Shown here in pieces: positions 36,213-46,570 of a stretch of 64,000 nucleotides of DNA. The translations under genes and the position numbers were made by a program. The notes under the pieces were generated by a model. That model did no database searches. It was not told where the DNA came from and saw only the letters and a program-made list of their open reading frames with translations. The stretch's first letter is position 1, and each line of letters opens with the position of its first letter. Origin of the DNA: a virus. The stretch lies in the IMG/VR virus record IMGVR_UViG_3300037470_001029, positions 8,038 through 72,037 of that record. The stretch is one strand, 5' to 3'.

Positions 36213-37354
36213 ATGCCTGATCTCAATCCGACCGAATTCGAGTACGCCGATACCTACGCACCGGGCACGCGCATCGCGTCGCGACTGACGCGCCGCAAGG
36301 GCACGGTCCTGGGATGGCCGGACGGGCGCGCGTACCCGCCGGGCCACGGCAGCGACTCGCCCATCCGCGGGCAGGTCTACGGAGCCATCTGGGTCCGCTG
36401 GGACGACACCGGCGACTGCCACCACGCCTGGCGCCACCAGGTGCACAGGATATGAAGAAGACAACAAAAGCGAAGGCCAAGCCGAAAAAAGTCCAAGGGC
36501 CGAAGGGGCAAGGCGCGCTCGACCTGCGGCCGCCGCAGGCGCCGAAGGGCGCCGCGCAGAAAAAGCTCGGCCCGGTATTCTACTCGGTGACCATCTTCGT
36601 CTCGCGGCACGAGGGGGAGAAGGCGGCCATGCTCAGGCACTACGAATTCAACCGCGACCCGGTGACCTTTTACCCGACGGAGAAGGCGATGCGCGAGGCG
36701 CAGGAAGCCGCCTGCCTGGCGTCGTTCGGGAAGAAGCGGTGAGTAACCTAAGAGCCTGGATGGCCGTCAGCGAGGCGCTCGTCAGGCTAGAGAGGCCGTT
36801 CTACCGCGCCTGCGCCGGCGGGCCGCACTTCGCCACGACTCCAGAGTGGCACGCGGCCCGCGCCTCTCTGCGAGACGCCGAATTGCGGCTGCGCAGGCTG
36901 AGCAGCAAACCCGGAAGGAGGGTGCTATGAGCACCAACAACGGGCGCACATGCGAGCATTGCTGTTTTTACAACAGTATCCAGAATCAATGCAGGATAAA
37001 TCCTCCAGTCGTGGTAGCTTTCGCCGACGGGACGCGCACGATAACCGTCTGGCCCGACGTCAGTCTTACCGATTGGTGCGGGCAGTGGCAAAGCAAGTGA
37101 GCCTGGAGAATTACAGCGTCAAACAGTTTGTCTGGCTGCAACGGCCACCGCGCGTGCAATGGGCTATGAAAGTGATCGTCGAGAGCGAGCATGGCGTCGC
37201 TGTAGTCAGAACCTGGTTCCATGAGTACGGCCCGACAGAGCGGCCGCCATGCTCGGTTACCATACCGCTGGCGGAGATGTGCGAACGCGTAGCGCTTGCA
37301 GCGCTGGCAAGCAACTTAGAAGACGCAGACCTGCGTCTAGAGATCGTTGCATAA
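36213..37354 (+). CDS. Five small coupled hypothetical genes (36213-36455, 36452-36742, 36739-36930, 36927-37100 Cys-rich, 37097-37354)
   Basis: Chain of ATGA/GTGA overlaps. Confidence 0.55.
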
Positions 37355-37373
37355 AATCAAAGGAGTAGAGAAA

Positions 37374-39377
37374 ATGAACGATGTCGTCGTCAATATTCAA
37401 TTCAAGCGCGCCTTGCCAACGCAATACCAGGAGTTCATCCACCTCAGCCGCTACTCGAGATGGATAGAGGCCGAAGGCCGGCGGGAGTCGGCTTGGCCGG
37501 AGACGGTAGACCGCTGGGGCAGCTTCTGGAAAAAATACCTGCGCGAGAAGTTTTCGGAGCGCCTGGACGAGCGGCAGGTCGACGATTTGGTGGAACGCTG
37601 CGCGCATGCCATCACGGCGCTGGAAGCCATGCCCTCCATGCGCGGGCTCATGACGGCCGGGCCGGCGCTCGAGAGGGACCACGCCGCGGGCTACAACTGC
37701 GGGTACCTGGCGGCCGACGACCAGGCAGCCTTCTCCGAGCTGATCTACCTGGCCGCCTGCGGCACCGGCGACGGCTTCTCCGTCGAGCGCCAGATGACGA
37801 ACAAGCTGCCGCAGCTTCCGGAGACCCTGCACGACGTCGCGACGACGATCACCGTCGAGGATTCTAAGGTCGGCTGGGCGGTGGCGCTGCGCCAGCTCGT
37901 CGCGATGCTCTTTGTCGGCCAGGTGCCGGGCTGGGACGTCTCCGGCGTGCGCGAGCGCGGATCCAGGCTCAAGACCTTCGGCGGGCGAGCGAGCGGCCCG
38001 GGCCCGCTCGTGGAGCTCTTCGAGTTCGTCATAGCGACGTTCCGCGCAGCCGTCGCGCGCGGCCAGGAAGAGGGGCTGTCCGCCAGGCTCACGTCGGTGG
38101 AGTGCCACGACATCTTCTGCATGGTGGGGGAGTGCATCGTCTCGGGCGGGGTGCGGCGGACGGCGCTCATCTCGATCTCCAACCTCTCCGATGACCGCAT
38201 GCGCGACGCCAAGACCGGCGGTTGGCGCGACCGCTCGCCGTGGCGGAGCCTGGCGAACAACTCGGCCGCGTACACGGAGCGGCCCGACTTCAAGGTGTTC
38301 ATGCGCGAGATGACGGCGCTCTACGAGAGCTACTCGGGCGAGCGCGGAATCTTCAGCCGCGTCGCGGCGAGGGCCAAGGCGGCCGAGAACGGCCGGCGCC
38401 GGGTGTCGCGCCTCGTCGACGGCAAGGAGACCCCATGGGAGTACGGGACGAACCCTTGCGGCGAGATCATCCTCCGCCCGATGCAGTTCTGCAACCTCAG
38501 CACCGTCGTCGTGAGGCCCGGAGATTCGTTCGACGACGTCGCCGCGAAGGTCGAGATCGCGACGGTCATCGGCACGCTGCAATCGACGTTGACAGACTTC
38601 AGGTTCCTGCGGAAGGAGTGGAAGAAGAACTGCGACGAGGAGCGGCTGCTGGGAGTCTCCATGACTGGTCAGCTCGACCACCCGGTGCTCGGTGACCCCG
38701 CTCTGGCCGGCGTCTGGCTCGACAGGCTGAAGGCGCTCGCGATCGACACCAACGCGGCAACGGCAGATATGCTCGGCATCAACCGCTCGGCTGCCATCAC
38801 GACCGTGAAGCCGGAGGGCACGGCGTCGCAGATGGTCGGCGCCGGCAGCGGAATGTCTCCGCGGTGGTCCGAGTTCTACATCCGCCGGGTCACCAACGAC
38901 GACAAGGATCCGATCACGGCGCTGCTCAAGGAGGCAGGCGTGCCGCACGAGCCGGTGCGCGGCAAGGAGGGTATCTCCACCGTCTTCGAGTTCCCGATGC
39001 GGGCGCCCGCCGGCGCCAGGCTGCGGAAGGACACGCCGGCTCTCGCGCAACTCGAGCTCTACAAGGTCTACCGCGAGCACTGGTGCGAGCACAACCCGTC
39101 GACGACGATCTACTACAAGGATTCGGATTTCTTTGTCGTCGCGCAATGGATCTGGGATAACTTCGACTCGATCGGCGGGATCGCGCTGCTGCCCGACGAC
39201 GGCGGTGCGTACAAGCAGGCGCCCTTCGAGGAGATCGACGAGGAGGAGTACGAACGCCGCGCGGCCGCCATGCCGGTCCTCGACTGGTCGCGGCTGCGCG
39301 AGCTTGAGACCGAGGACGGCACGAACCCGCAGGCTGTCGCGGCCTGCGCCGGCGGCGCCTGCGAGGCTAACATCTGA
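37374..39377 (+). CDS. nrdJ: Class II (adenosylcobalamin-dependent) ribonucleotide reductase
   Basis: MPSMR, YNC, GTNPCGEI, FCNLS, KPEGTASQ and C-terminal CAGGACE; no beta-subunit gene nearby. Confidence 0.9.
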   Translation: MNDVVVNIQFKRALPTQYQEFIHLSRYSRWIEAEGRRESAWPETVDRWGSFWKKYLREKFSERLDERQVDDLVERCAHAITALEAMPSMRGLMTAGPALERDHAAGYNCGYLAADDQAAFSELIYLAACGTGDGFSVERQMTNKLPQLPETLHDVATTITVEDSKVGWAVALRQLVAMLFVGQVPGWDVSGVRERGSRLKTFGGRASGPGPLVELFEFVIATFRAAVARGQEEGLSARLTSVECHDIFCMVGECIVSGGVRRTALISISNLSDDRMRDAKTGGWRDRSPWRSLANNSAAYTERPDFKVFMREMTALYESYSGERGIFSRVAARAKAAENGRRRVSRLVDGKETPWEYGTNPCGEIILRPMQFCNLSTVVVRPGDSFDDVAAKVEIATVIGTLQSTLTDFRFLRKEWKKNCDEERLLGVSMTGQLDHPVLGDPALAGVWLDRLKALAIDTNAATADMLGINRSAAITTVKPEGTASQMVGAGSGMSPRWSEFYIRRVTNDDKDPITALLKEAGVPHEPVRGKEGISTVFEFPMRAPAGARLRKDTPALAQLELYKVYREHWCEHNPSTTIYYKDSDFFVVAQWIWDNFDSIGGIALLPDDGGAYKQAPFEEIDEEEYERRAAAMPVLDWSRLRELETEDGTNPQAVAACAGGACEANI

Positions 39378-39395
39378 CCAAAGGAGGAAATAGCC

Positions 39396-39947
39396 ATGGG
39401 AACTTTGAACAGGCCGGGCGACTACGATTGCATGGCCAAGCTGAGGGAAAATCCCGACATGCCCTACTTCCTGTTGCTGGCGTCGGACCCGCGCAGCGCG
39501 GCCCTGGTCTGGCTATGGGCAAGCATGCGCGAGCTGAGCGACGACCAGAACCTCGACAAGGTTAACGAGGCGCGGCGAGCCTGCGTCGAGATCATGGAAT
39601 GGCAGGCCGCTAACGGCAGGAAGGCCAGCGGCTTCGGGCAGGCGCTCATGTCCGGTCTCCTGGAGATGTGCCGCACGATCAACTCCATGGCCAAGGAAGA
39701 GCCGAAGAACGAGGCCACGCCGCTGGACGTGGTGCGCCGTTACCTCGCGGCCGTCGAGTTCGGCGACGAGGAGCAGTTGAGGAAGGCATCGGAAGACGAG
39801 AGGGCCCTGTCGGAGGTGATAGGCGAGTACGACAGGGTCATCGAGGGAATCCTGCCCGCCGTCCTGGCGGAAGACGGCGACGAGGCCGACTTCGTCATTC
39901 GCGCGAAGGACTACCGCATTCTCAAGGCAGCCGCGCTGAAGATCTGA
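39396..39947 (+). CDS. Hypothetical protein
   Basis: 183 aa; AGGAGG RBS. Confidence 0.6.
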   Translation: MGTLNRPGDYDCMAKLRENPDMPYFLLLASDPRSAALVWLWASMRELSDDQNLDKVNEARRACVEIMEWQAANGRKASGFGQALMSGLLEMCRTINSMAKEEPKNEATPLDVVRRYLAAVEFGDEEQLRKASEDERALSEVIGEYDRVIEGILPAVLAEDGDEADFVIRAKDYRILKAAALKI

Positions 39948-39960
39948 AAGCTCCAACCGG

Positions 39961-39989
39961 TTTACGCGGGCCGGCAGGCCGTTTACAAT
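39961..39989 (+). promoter_or_regulatory. Sigma70-like promoter
   Basis: TTTACG-N17-TACAAT in an intergenic gap, followed by an AT-rich leader and RBS. Confidence 0.55.
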
Positions 39990-40022
39990 TAACTAATTAT
40001 AAAGTTGGAAAAGGAGATGGAG

Positions 40023-40442
40023 ATGGCTGCAGGCAAGGGGAAGGCGCTGAAAATACCGGCCACGCCGGGGCTCGCGGTCGACCTGCTGGACAAGATGCGC
40101 GACGCGCGCAAGGCGGTGGCGGAGAGGGCCGCGGAGATGAAGCGGCAGGAGGACGCGCTCGAGTCCGCCATCTTCGAAAAGTTCAAGAAAGCGGACCTGG
40201 AAGGCTGCCGCGGCAAGCGCGCCCAGGCGTCCATCTCGCGCTCGGAGGTGCCGACGCCGGATGACTGGGTTGCGACCGACAAGTACATCATCAAGAACAA
40301 GGCGCTCGACCTGCTCCAGCGCAGGCTGTCTGTCGAGGCCGTGCGGCTGCGCTGGGCGGACGGCGTGACGATCCCCGGAGTCGGCAAGTTCACGCGGATC
40401 TCGCTGCACCTGTCGAAGGTCAAGAAGTCGAAGGCGAAATAA
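40023..40442 (+). CDS. Hypothetical phage replication-module protein
   Basis: AAGGAG RBS; coiled coil followed by DLLQRRLS...TIPGV. Confidence 0.6.
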   Translation: MAAGKGKALKIPATPGLAVDLLDKMRDARKAVAERAAEMKRQEDALESAIFEKFKKADLEGCRGKRAQASISRSEVPTPDDWVATDKYIIKNKALDLLQRRLSVEAVRLRWADGVTIPGVGKFTRISLHLSKVKKSKAK

Positions 40443-40452
40443 AGGGGCCGCG

Positions 40453-40842
40453 TTGAGCGCTCTCGCCAGGTCGCGCCATCCGTCCGTCAGCTCGCTAACG
40501 TACGACGCCTACCTGCTCCACTTCGATCGCCCCTTCGGGCACGCGCGCCATTATATAGGGATCTGCGAGCCCGGCAAGGCGGCCGACAGGCTGGCGACGC
40601 ACCAGGCAGGCAGGGGCGCAGTCCTTACGAGGCACGCGGCGGCCGCGGGAGCGCGCCTCTTCTTGGTTAGGACGTGGGAGGGAGTACCTAGGTTCTACGA
40701 AATGAGGCTGAAGAAGCAGGGCGGCGCATCGCGGATGTGTCCGGCGTGCAAGGCGGAAATAGCGGGCTATGCCTACGCCCAGATCAGCCCCGGGATCTTC
40801 GGCGCCAGGAGCCTCGCCGAGATTCTGAGCGGCATCCTGTGA
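40453..40842 (+). CDS. GIY-YIG-like endonuclease
   Basis: YLLHFDRPFGHARHYIG...RLATHQAGRGA...EMRLK...CPAC. Confidence 0.7.
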   Translation: MSALARSRHPSVSSLTYDAYLLHFDRPFGHARHYIGICEPGKAADRLATHQAGRGAVLTRHAAAAGARLFLVRTWEGVPRFYEMRLKKQGGASRMCPACKAEIAGYAYAQISPGIFGARSLAEILSGIL

Positions 40843-40874
40843 AATACTTTGCGGCCAAAAAGTGAGGCGATAAT

Positions 40875-42975
40875 ATGGAGCAGGTAGACGTAAAAGAAGT
40901 TCACGCGGTCGTAGGCACGATGCTCGATTTCCTGGAGAACGCGACGGCGACTCGGCCGGAGGTGCAGGTCGCAGCCTTGCGCGCGACGGCAAACCTGATG
41001 GAGGAGACGATGAGCGCCACAAACTCCGTCTCCATGAAGGAGATGGTCAAGGACTTCTGGCGCCGGAAGAGCAGATGATGGAAGTCGACCGCAGTTCGAC
41101 GGAGTATCTCGAGAAGTGCGTCGAAGCCGAGAACTGGGAGGGGTTCAGTGATTTCCTTGGAACTACCGAGATGAGGGCGGCGACGTGGCTGCTGGTCTCG
41201 CTCGTCTACCGCGCGCTGGTGCGCCTGAAAGGGAAGGCAAATGGAGCTTGATAAGGGAGCGTTGAACGAGCTGGAACGCAATATCAGCCCGCCGATGCGC
41301 GCGGCGATCACGCTGCCGGTGAGCGGCACCAACGTGACCGTGTACGTGTGCTCCTCGAGGTTCTCGCCGCCGACGGACGATGCGGTGATCCGCGCCGTGG
41401 CCGAGCGCCTGACGATCGCGGAGGCGGGGAAGTGAGCCGCCTCGAGGCTGCCGGCACGAAGCCCTGCACCGACACTAACGCGGAGAAAATCGCCTGGGAG
41501 AGTGCGATGCGCCGGGCCGCGGCTGTAAAGGCTCCCGTTCTGTGCCAGCGCAAGGCCCCGCGGCTGCCGCCGCGCAGGCGGGAGTTTGCAACGTGAAGGC
41601 GCTCAATCCCGAGCACCCGATGTCGCAGCATGCGCAGGAGAACGCGACGAAGTTCATCGCGCTCATGATCTGGAAGATGCGGGCGCACCTGAAGAACCTG
41701 GAGGTGCGGCTTGAGGTCTCTGACATGGAGGACTTCACGCGCGCGTTCGCCGGGCAGCGCCCGGTCGTCGCCTCGATAGGCGAGAAGAGCGCCATCATTC
41801 TGCGGCTGCTCGACGAGTCCGGCGGCGAGCTCATGCTGAAGTCTCCCGAGGCGTCGCTGGACCACCCCGCGGTGAAGGAGATGGAGCTGATGCTCCACGC
41901 GCGCAGGCACGCGCCGAATATAGCCAAGGACCTCGGCGCGGTGATCGCCAGGATGGAGCTGGCGGCCGCAAGGCGCGAGGACATCAATCTGATATACGCG
42001 GCGATCGGCGCGCTCAAGGCGCTGTCGGACGACGGACTGCTTGGAGAGAAAAATGCGACAGGCTGAAGATCCGACGCGGGCGCAGGAGTTCGACTCGGCC
42101 CTGGGCCCGGCAGGCGAGGATGTCTTCTACGCCGTGCACAGGCGCGGCGAGCGTGATCCCGAGTACAGGGAGCGCCGCGTGCTCGACCGCGCCGCCTACC
42201 TCGCCAGGCTCCGCCAGGAGTGCGCGACCAACGGCGCGGTGGTGGAAGAGCTGGCAGAGGCCGAGTACAGGGAGCGCTCCAGCAGCGCGCGTCGCCTGCG
42301 CGAGGCGCTGCGAGTGGTGGCCAGGTACGACGCCAAGATCGCGGAGAACGAGGCGAGCGACCCGACGATGTCGACCGTCAACATGCTCGTCGAGGACTAC
42401 GCCGCCCTGCGCGCTTTGGTGAAGCGGTGATCTGGGATTTCCTGGCGCTGCTCTGCCTCTACCTGGGCGCGCGGCTATTCTTGTGGGCGCTGCTCGGCAG
42501 CAGCGGCCCGCTCGACAACAGAGAGGACAGGCAAAATGAGCGGTAACAGGCAGCAGGAGAGGTTCCGCGTCGACTGCAGGGAGATTATCCGCGAGACCGA
42601 CAGGGCGGTGCTCGTCTACGTCGACTACGAGAAGTACGGGCTCGCGCGCGGCGGCAACTGCGAGATGTGGTTCCCGCTCTCGCAGGTGCACGAGATCCAC
42701 CAGGCCGGGCTCGAGAGCGGCCCTTACATCGTCGTCACCCCGTGGATAGCCAAGCAGAAGGGCCTGGAGTGAATTCCCTCATGGCGCCTTCCGGCGAGCA
42801 GCTCGACTTCATCGCGAGGGAGGTAAAGGAGATCCGCGAGAAGATGCAGGCCTCTCGCGGAGTCGGCGCCCTGCCCCTGGCCGCGCGCCTGCACATGCTG
42901 CTGAGCCTCGCCGAGTCCGTCAAGCAGGCGCGCTACCACAACCTAAACTGCCGCAACCTGGAGAAGAAGCGATGA
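40875..42975 (+). CDS. Cluster of small hypothetical genes (40875-41078, 41075-41251, 41241-41435, 41432-41596, 41593-42066, 42053-42430, 42536-42772, 42769-42975)
   Basis: Overlapping starts and stops with RBSs; no recognisable motifs. Confidence 0.5.
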
Positions 42976-44153
42976 GCAAGATCGAATGCCCGAAATGCCA
43001 CCACAAGTTCGAGCTGGACGCGGCGCTCGCCGGCCCGCTGATCGCCCAGGCACGCGCCGAGGCCGACGAGCAGGCAACGGAGAGGATCGCCGCCGCCCGC
43101 GCCGCCTACGAGAAGGCGGCGGATCAGAGGGCGGCCGACGCCGCGGCGGCGCGGGTCACCACGGCCCTCGCAGACGCGGAGAAGGCCCGCGAGGACGCGG
43201 CCCGCCAGGGAGTCAGGGCCCGACAGCTCGAAGAGAAGCTCTCAGAAGCGCAGGCCGTTCAGGCCGCGGCGCTCAAGGAACGCAGAGAGCTGGAAGACGC
43301 CCGCCGCGAGCTGGAGCTGACGGTCGAGCGCAGGACGCAAGAGGGACTCGCCGCGGCCAGGCAGACAGCCGAGCGCGCAGCAGAAGAGCGGATCGGGATC
43401 AAGCTCGCGGAGAGGGACGAGACCATCGCCTCGCTGTCGCGCACGGCCGAAGACCTGCGCCGGAAGCTAGAGCAGGGAAGCCAGCAGGTGCAGGGCGAGT
43501 CGCAGGAGACCGCCTTGGAGGCCGCGCTGCGGGCGCGCTTCCCGCACGACAGGGTAGAACCGGTGGCCAAGGGCGTCGCCGGCGCCGACTGCCTGCAGGT
43601 TCTCGTGACGCCGGCCGGGGAGGAGTTCGGCCGCATACTGTGGGAGTCGAAGCAGACGAAGGCATGGTCGCCCTCGTGGCCGGCGAAGCTGCGCGACGAC
43701 GGGCGCGCGGCCAAGGCCGACCTGCTCGTCCTGGTATCGTCGGCGCTGCCCAAAGGCGTAGACCAGTTCGAGCTGGTCGACGGAATCTGGGCCTGCTCGC
43801 CGCGCTGCGCCGGGCCGCTGGCCACCGCGCTCAGGGCGGCCCTCGGCGAGGCGCACTCGGCCCGCAAGTCGGGCGAGGGCCTCGAGACGAAGGCCGGGCT
43901 CGTCTACTCGTACCTCGTGGGGCCGAAATTCAGGCAGCGCGTCGGCGCCGTCGTCGAGGCCTGCGCCTCGATGCAGGAGGACCTCGCGGCGGAGCAGCGC
44001 GCCTTCGGCAAGGCGTGGGCCAAGCGCGCCACCCAGATCGAGCGCGCCCTCGTCGGCGCGTCGGGCATGTACGGAGACCTCCAGGCGATCGCCGGCCGCT
44101 CGCTGAAGGAGATCGAGGGCCTGAGCATGGAGAAGATCGGAGGACCGTCGTGA
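42972..44153 (+). CDS. DUF2130-like coiled-coil/nuclease-fold protein
   Basis: IECPKCHHKF...GSQQVQGE...FPHDRVEPVAKGVAGAD...ILWESKQTKAWS. Confidence 0.8.
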   Translation: MSKIECPKCHHKFELDAALAGPLIAQARAEADEQATERIAAARAAYEKAADQRAADAAAARVTTALADAEKAREDAARQGVRARQLEEKLSEAQAVQAAALKERRELEDARRELELTVERRTQEGLAAARQTAERAAEERIGIKLAERDETIASLSRTAEDLRRKLEQGSQQVQGESQETALEAALRARFPHDRVEPVAKGVAGADCLQVLVTPAGEEFGRILWESKQTKAWSPSWPAKLRDDGRAAKADLLVLVSSALPKGVDQFELVDGIWACSPRCAGPLATALRAALGEAHSARKSGEGLETKAGLVYSYLVGPKFRQRVGAVVEACASMQEDLAAEQRAFGKAWAKRATQIERALVGASGMYGDLQAIAGRSLKEIEGLSMEKIGGPS

Positions 44154-44449
44154 GCCGCGGCAGCGGACTCTCCGCCGCCGAAGAGGAGCGCCTGGCCCTG
44201 GTGATAGAGGAGATGGCAGAGGCCATCCAGATCGCCGCCAAGGCGCTGCGCCACGGCTGGCAGCCCTTCGACCACGCGGTCGACCCGCCGGTCGAGTACG
44301 ACAACCGCGCCCTCTTTGAGAAGGAGATGGGCCAGGTGATGCACGCCGCTAAGCTCATGTGCACTAAGGGCGACATCAGCGGGGAGAAGATCCAGGAGTC
44401 GATGGACGAGAGGGGGCAATCGGTCAAGAAGTACCTTCACCACCAGTAA
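44150..44449 (+). CDS. MazG-like NTP pyrophosphohydrolase-fold protein
   Basis: ERLALVIEEMAEAIQIAAKALRHG...NRALFEKEMGQV. Confidence 0.6.
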   Translation: MSRGSGLSAAEEERLALVIEEMAEAIQIAAKALRHGWQPFDHAVDPPVEYDNRALFEKEMGQVMHAAKLMCTKGDISGEKIQESMDERGQSVKKYLHHQ

Positions 44450-44466
44450 ACCAAAGGAGAACTAGA

Positions 44467-44969
44467 ATGGCAATTTACAGAGTAGCGACGCCTGCCGTCG
44501 ATGACGTCCACGCAGAGCAGGGCGGAAATACCGGAATCGTGCACGTTCGCTTCGCGCCGAGCGAGGGCGCAGCCAAGAAGCACCGCCGCGAGCTGGCCGA
44601 GGCGCACGGGTTCAAGCTCGACGAGGTGAAGTACGCGACGATCGACGCGAAAGGCGGCAAGGCCGGCATGATCGCCTACCTGAACGCGTTCCACGCGCAG
44701 GCGCCGGCGGGCTACAGCCCGGCAGGCTACTCGAAGATCGCAGTCAAGAAGGTGGCAAAGGCCAAGGCGAAGAAGCGCTAACGGCTGCGCAACCAAGGGA
44801 GAGTTGGCAAATGAAGTCGCGCATCGAAACGCAGATCGACGCCGTCATAGATGCAGCCAAGACGGCGCAGGAGGAAGGCCACGGGCCGGATCCGGATTAT
44901 CGCAAGTCCGCCGAAAAAGAGCTCGAAGAGCAGAAGCAAAAACTGATGGAAATGATCAAGTCGATCTGA
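44467..44969 (+). CDS. Two small hypothetical genes (44467-44781, 44811-44969)
   Basis: AAGGAG and AAGGGAG RBSs. Confidence 0.55.
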
Positions 44970-44989
44970 CCAACCAAAGGAGAAGCAAA

Positions 44990-45835
44990 ATGGCGAAGGC
45001 CAAGAACCTGCCGGCGACGGCGAAGAACACCCTCCCGGTAGACTGGGAGAAGCAGATGGCCGCGGCGGCCGAGATGTACAAGCAGATGGAGGCGGCGACG
45101 GGCGGCGGGCAGTTCATCTCGTACAAGGGCGGCACGATGTCCTTCGACGGGGCGCCGATGAAGGAGAATACCATCGTCGCGGTACCGGTGGAGGCCATCT
45201 TCGAGAACGCCTTCTACGTGCACGAGTTCGACCCCGACGATCCGCACCCGCCGGTGTGCTTCGCGTTCTCGGACTCGACCAGCACCCTCAAGCCCGGCGA
45301 GGACGCGTCAGTGCTGCCGCTGCGCATGAAGCCGCACCCGGATTCTTCCGATCCACAATCGCCGGACTGCAAGAGCTGCAGGCACGCCCAGTTCGGCTCT
45401 GCCGACAAGGGCCGCGGCAAGGCCTGCAAGAACATCCGGAAGATCGGATGGCTCCACTCCGATTACCTGAAGAAGCCGGAGGCGATCGCATCGGCGCCGC
45501 TCGCCATCTCGAAGGTCCCGGCGACGTCGCTGACGGCCTGGGCCGCCTACGTCAAGAAGGTGTCGAACGTGCTCGGCAAGGCGTTCTACGCGGTCGTCTG
45601 CAAGCACGTGCAGGTGCCCGCCTCGGGGCAGCCCGGGTGGAAGCTGACCTTCGAGCCGAGTTCCGAGATCCCGAAGGCCCTACTTGGACCGGTGTTCGCC
45701 AGGCACCTGCAGGCCTACGCGGAACTCGCGGTTCCGTACCAGGCCGAGGCCTCGGGGGGCAAGGCGAAGAAGCCGTTCAAGGGAAAAGGCAACGCCGCGA
45801 CGAAGCCCGCGGCCGGCAAGCGGAAGAAGTACTGA
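44990..45835 (+). CDS. Putative ssDNA-binding / recombination-associated protein
   Basis: PPVCF...CKSCRHAQFGSADKGRGKACKN...VPATSL; strong RBS; lies in the PolA module. Function is inferred. Confidence 0.55.
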   Translation: MAKAKNLPATAKNTLPVDWEKQMAAAAEMYKQMEAATGGGQFISYKGGTMSFDGAPMKENTIVAVPVEAIFENAFYVHEFDPDDPHPPVCFAFSDSTSTLKPGEDASVLPLRMKPHPDSSDPQSPDCKSCRHAQFGSADKGRGKACKNIRKIGWLHSDYLKKPEAIASAPLAISKVPATSLTAWAAYVKKVSNVLGKAFYAVVCKHVQVPASGQPGWKLTFEPSSEIPKALLGPVFARHLQAYAELAVPYQAEASGGKAKKPFKGKGNAATKPAAGKRKKY

Positions 45836-45836
45836 C

Positions 45837-46570
45837 ATGGCCGCGCGCGGAACCAAGAAAAGGAAGGGGGCCAGCGGAGCCGCGCTCGACTTGCAATCCA
45901 AGCTCGACGAGAAGCTGCGCAACTGGAACGACCTCAACAAGAAGCTCATGAAGATGGGAGAGGAGGAGGTGGCCGCGCTGCTGGAGGCGGAGAAGAAGTC
46001 GCGCGGCCGCCTCTCCACCCTCCTCCGTCTCCAGTCGCGTCTCAACAGGCTGCGCCGCGAGCGCGAGCGCCACCAGCTACACCGCAACGCGAAGCGCTAG
46101 AGGGAGGAAAATATGGGATTCAAATACGCAATGCTCGGCGGGCCGGTGGCGGTGGTGCTGGAGGCCGACGACTTCGAGGCCGCGCAGAGGGAGGCGCTCG
46201 CGTCTCTCGGCTTCCGCGTCGAGGGGCCCCTGCCGGAGCCGGAGTCGGAGCCGCGCTGCACCTGCGCGGCTCCGGGCTACCTGCACGACGCGCCCTGCCC
46301 GATGCGGCGCGCATTCAGGCAAGACCTGGATGAATACGAGTCGCGCGAAGGACAGCCGCCTTGAGCAAGTACGCCGATCTTAAAGTAGGCCAGCAGATCT
46401 GGATCCGGGCCCGCGTCAGCGGGCTCTTCAAGCCAGGCACGATGGGCCACCGCGAGGGCCTGCTCACCGCAGAGATAATCTCCGGCAGCCAGATCCAGGG
46501 AGATCAGACGGTCACGGCGCAAGCGCGAGGCGTGCGAGACGAGTATTTCGAGAAGGTGACAGGCGAATGA
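45837..46570 (+). CDS. Three small hypothetical genes (45837-46100, 46113-46364, 46361-46570)
   Basis: Coupled ORFs upstream of the polymerase. Confidence 0.55.
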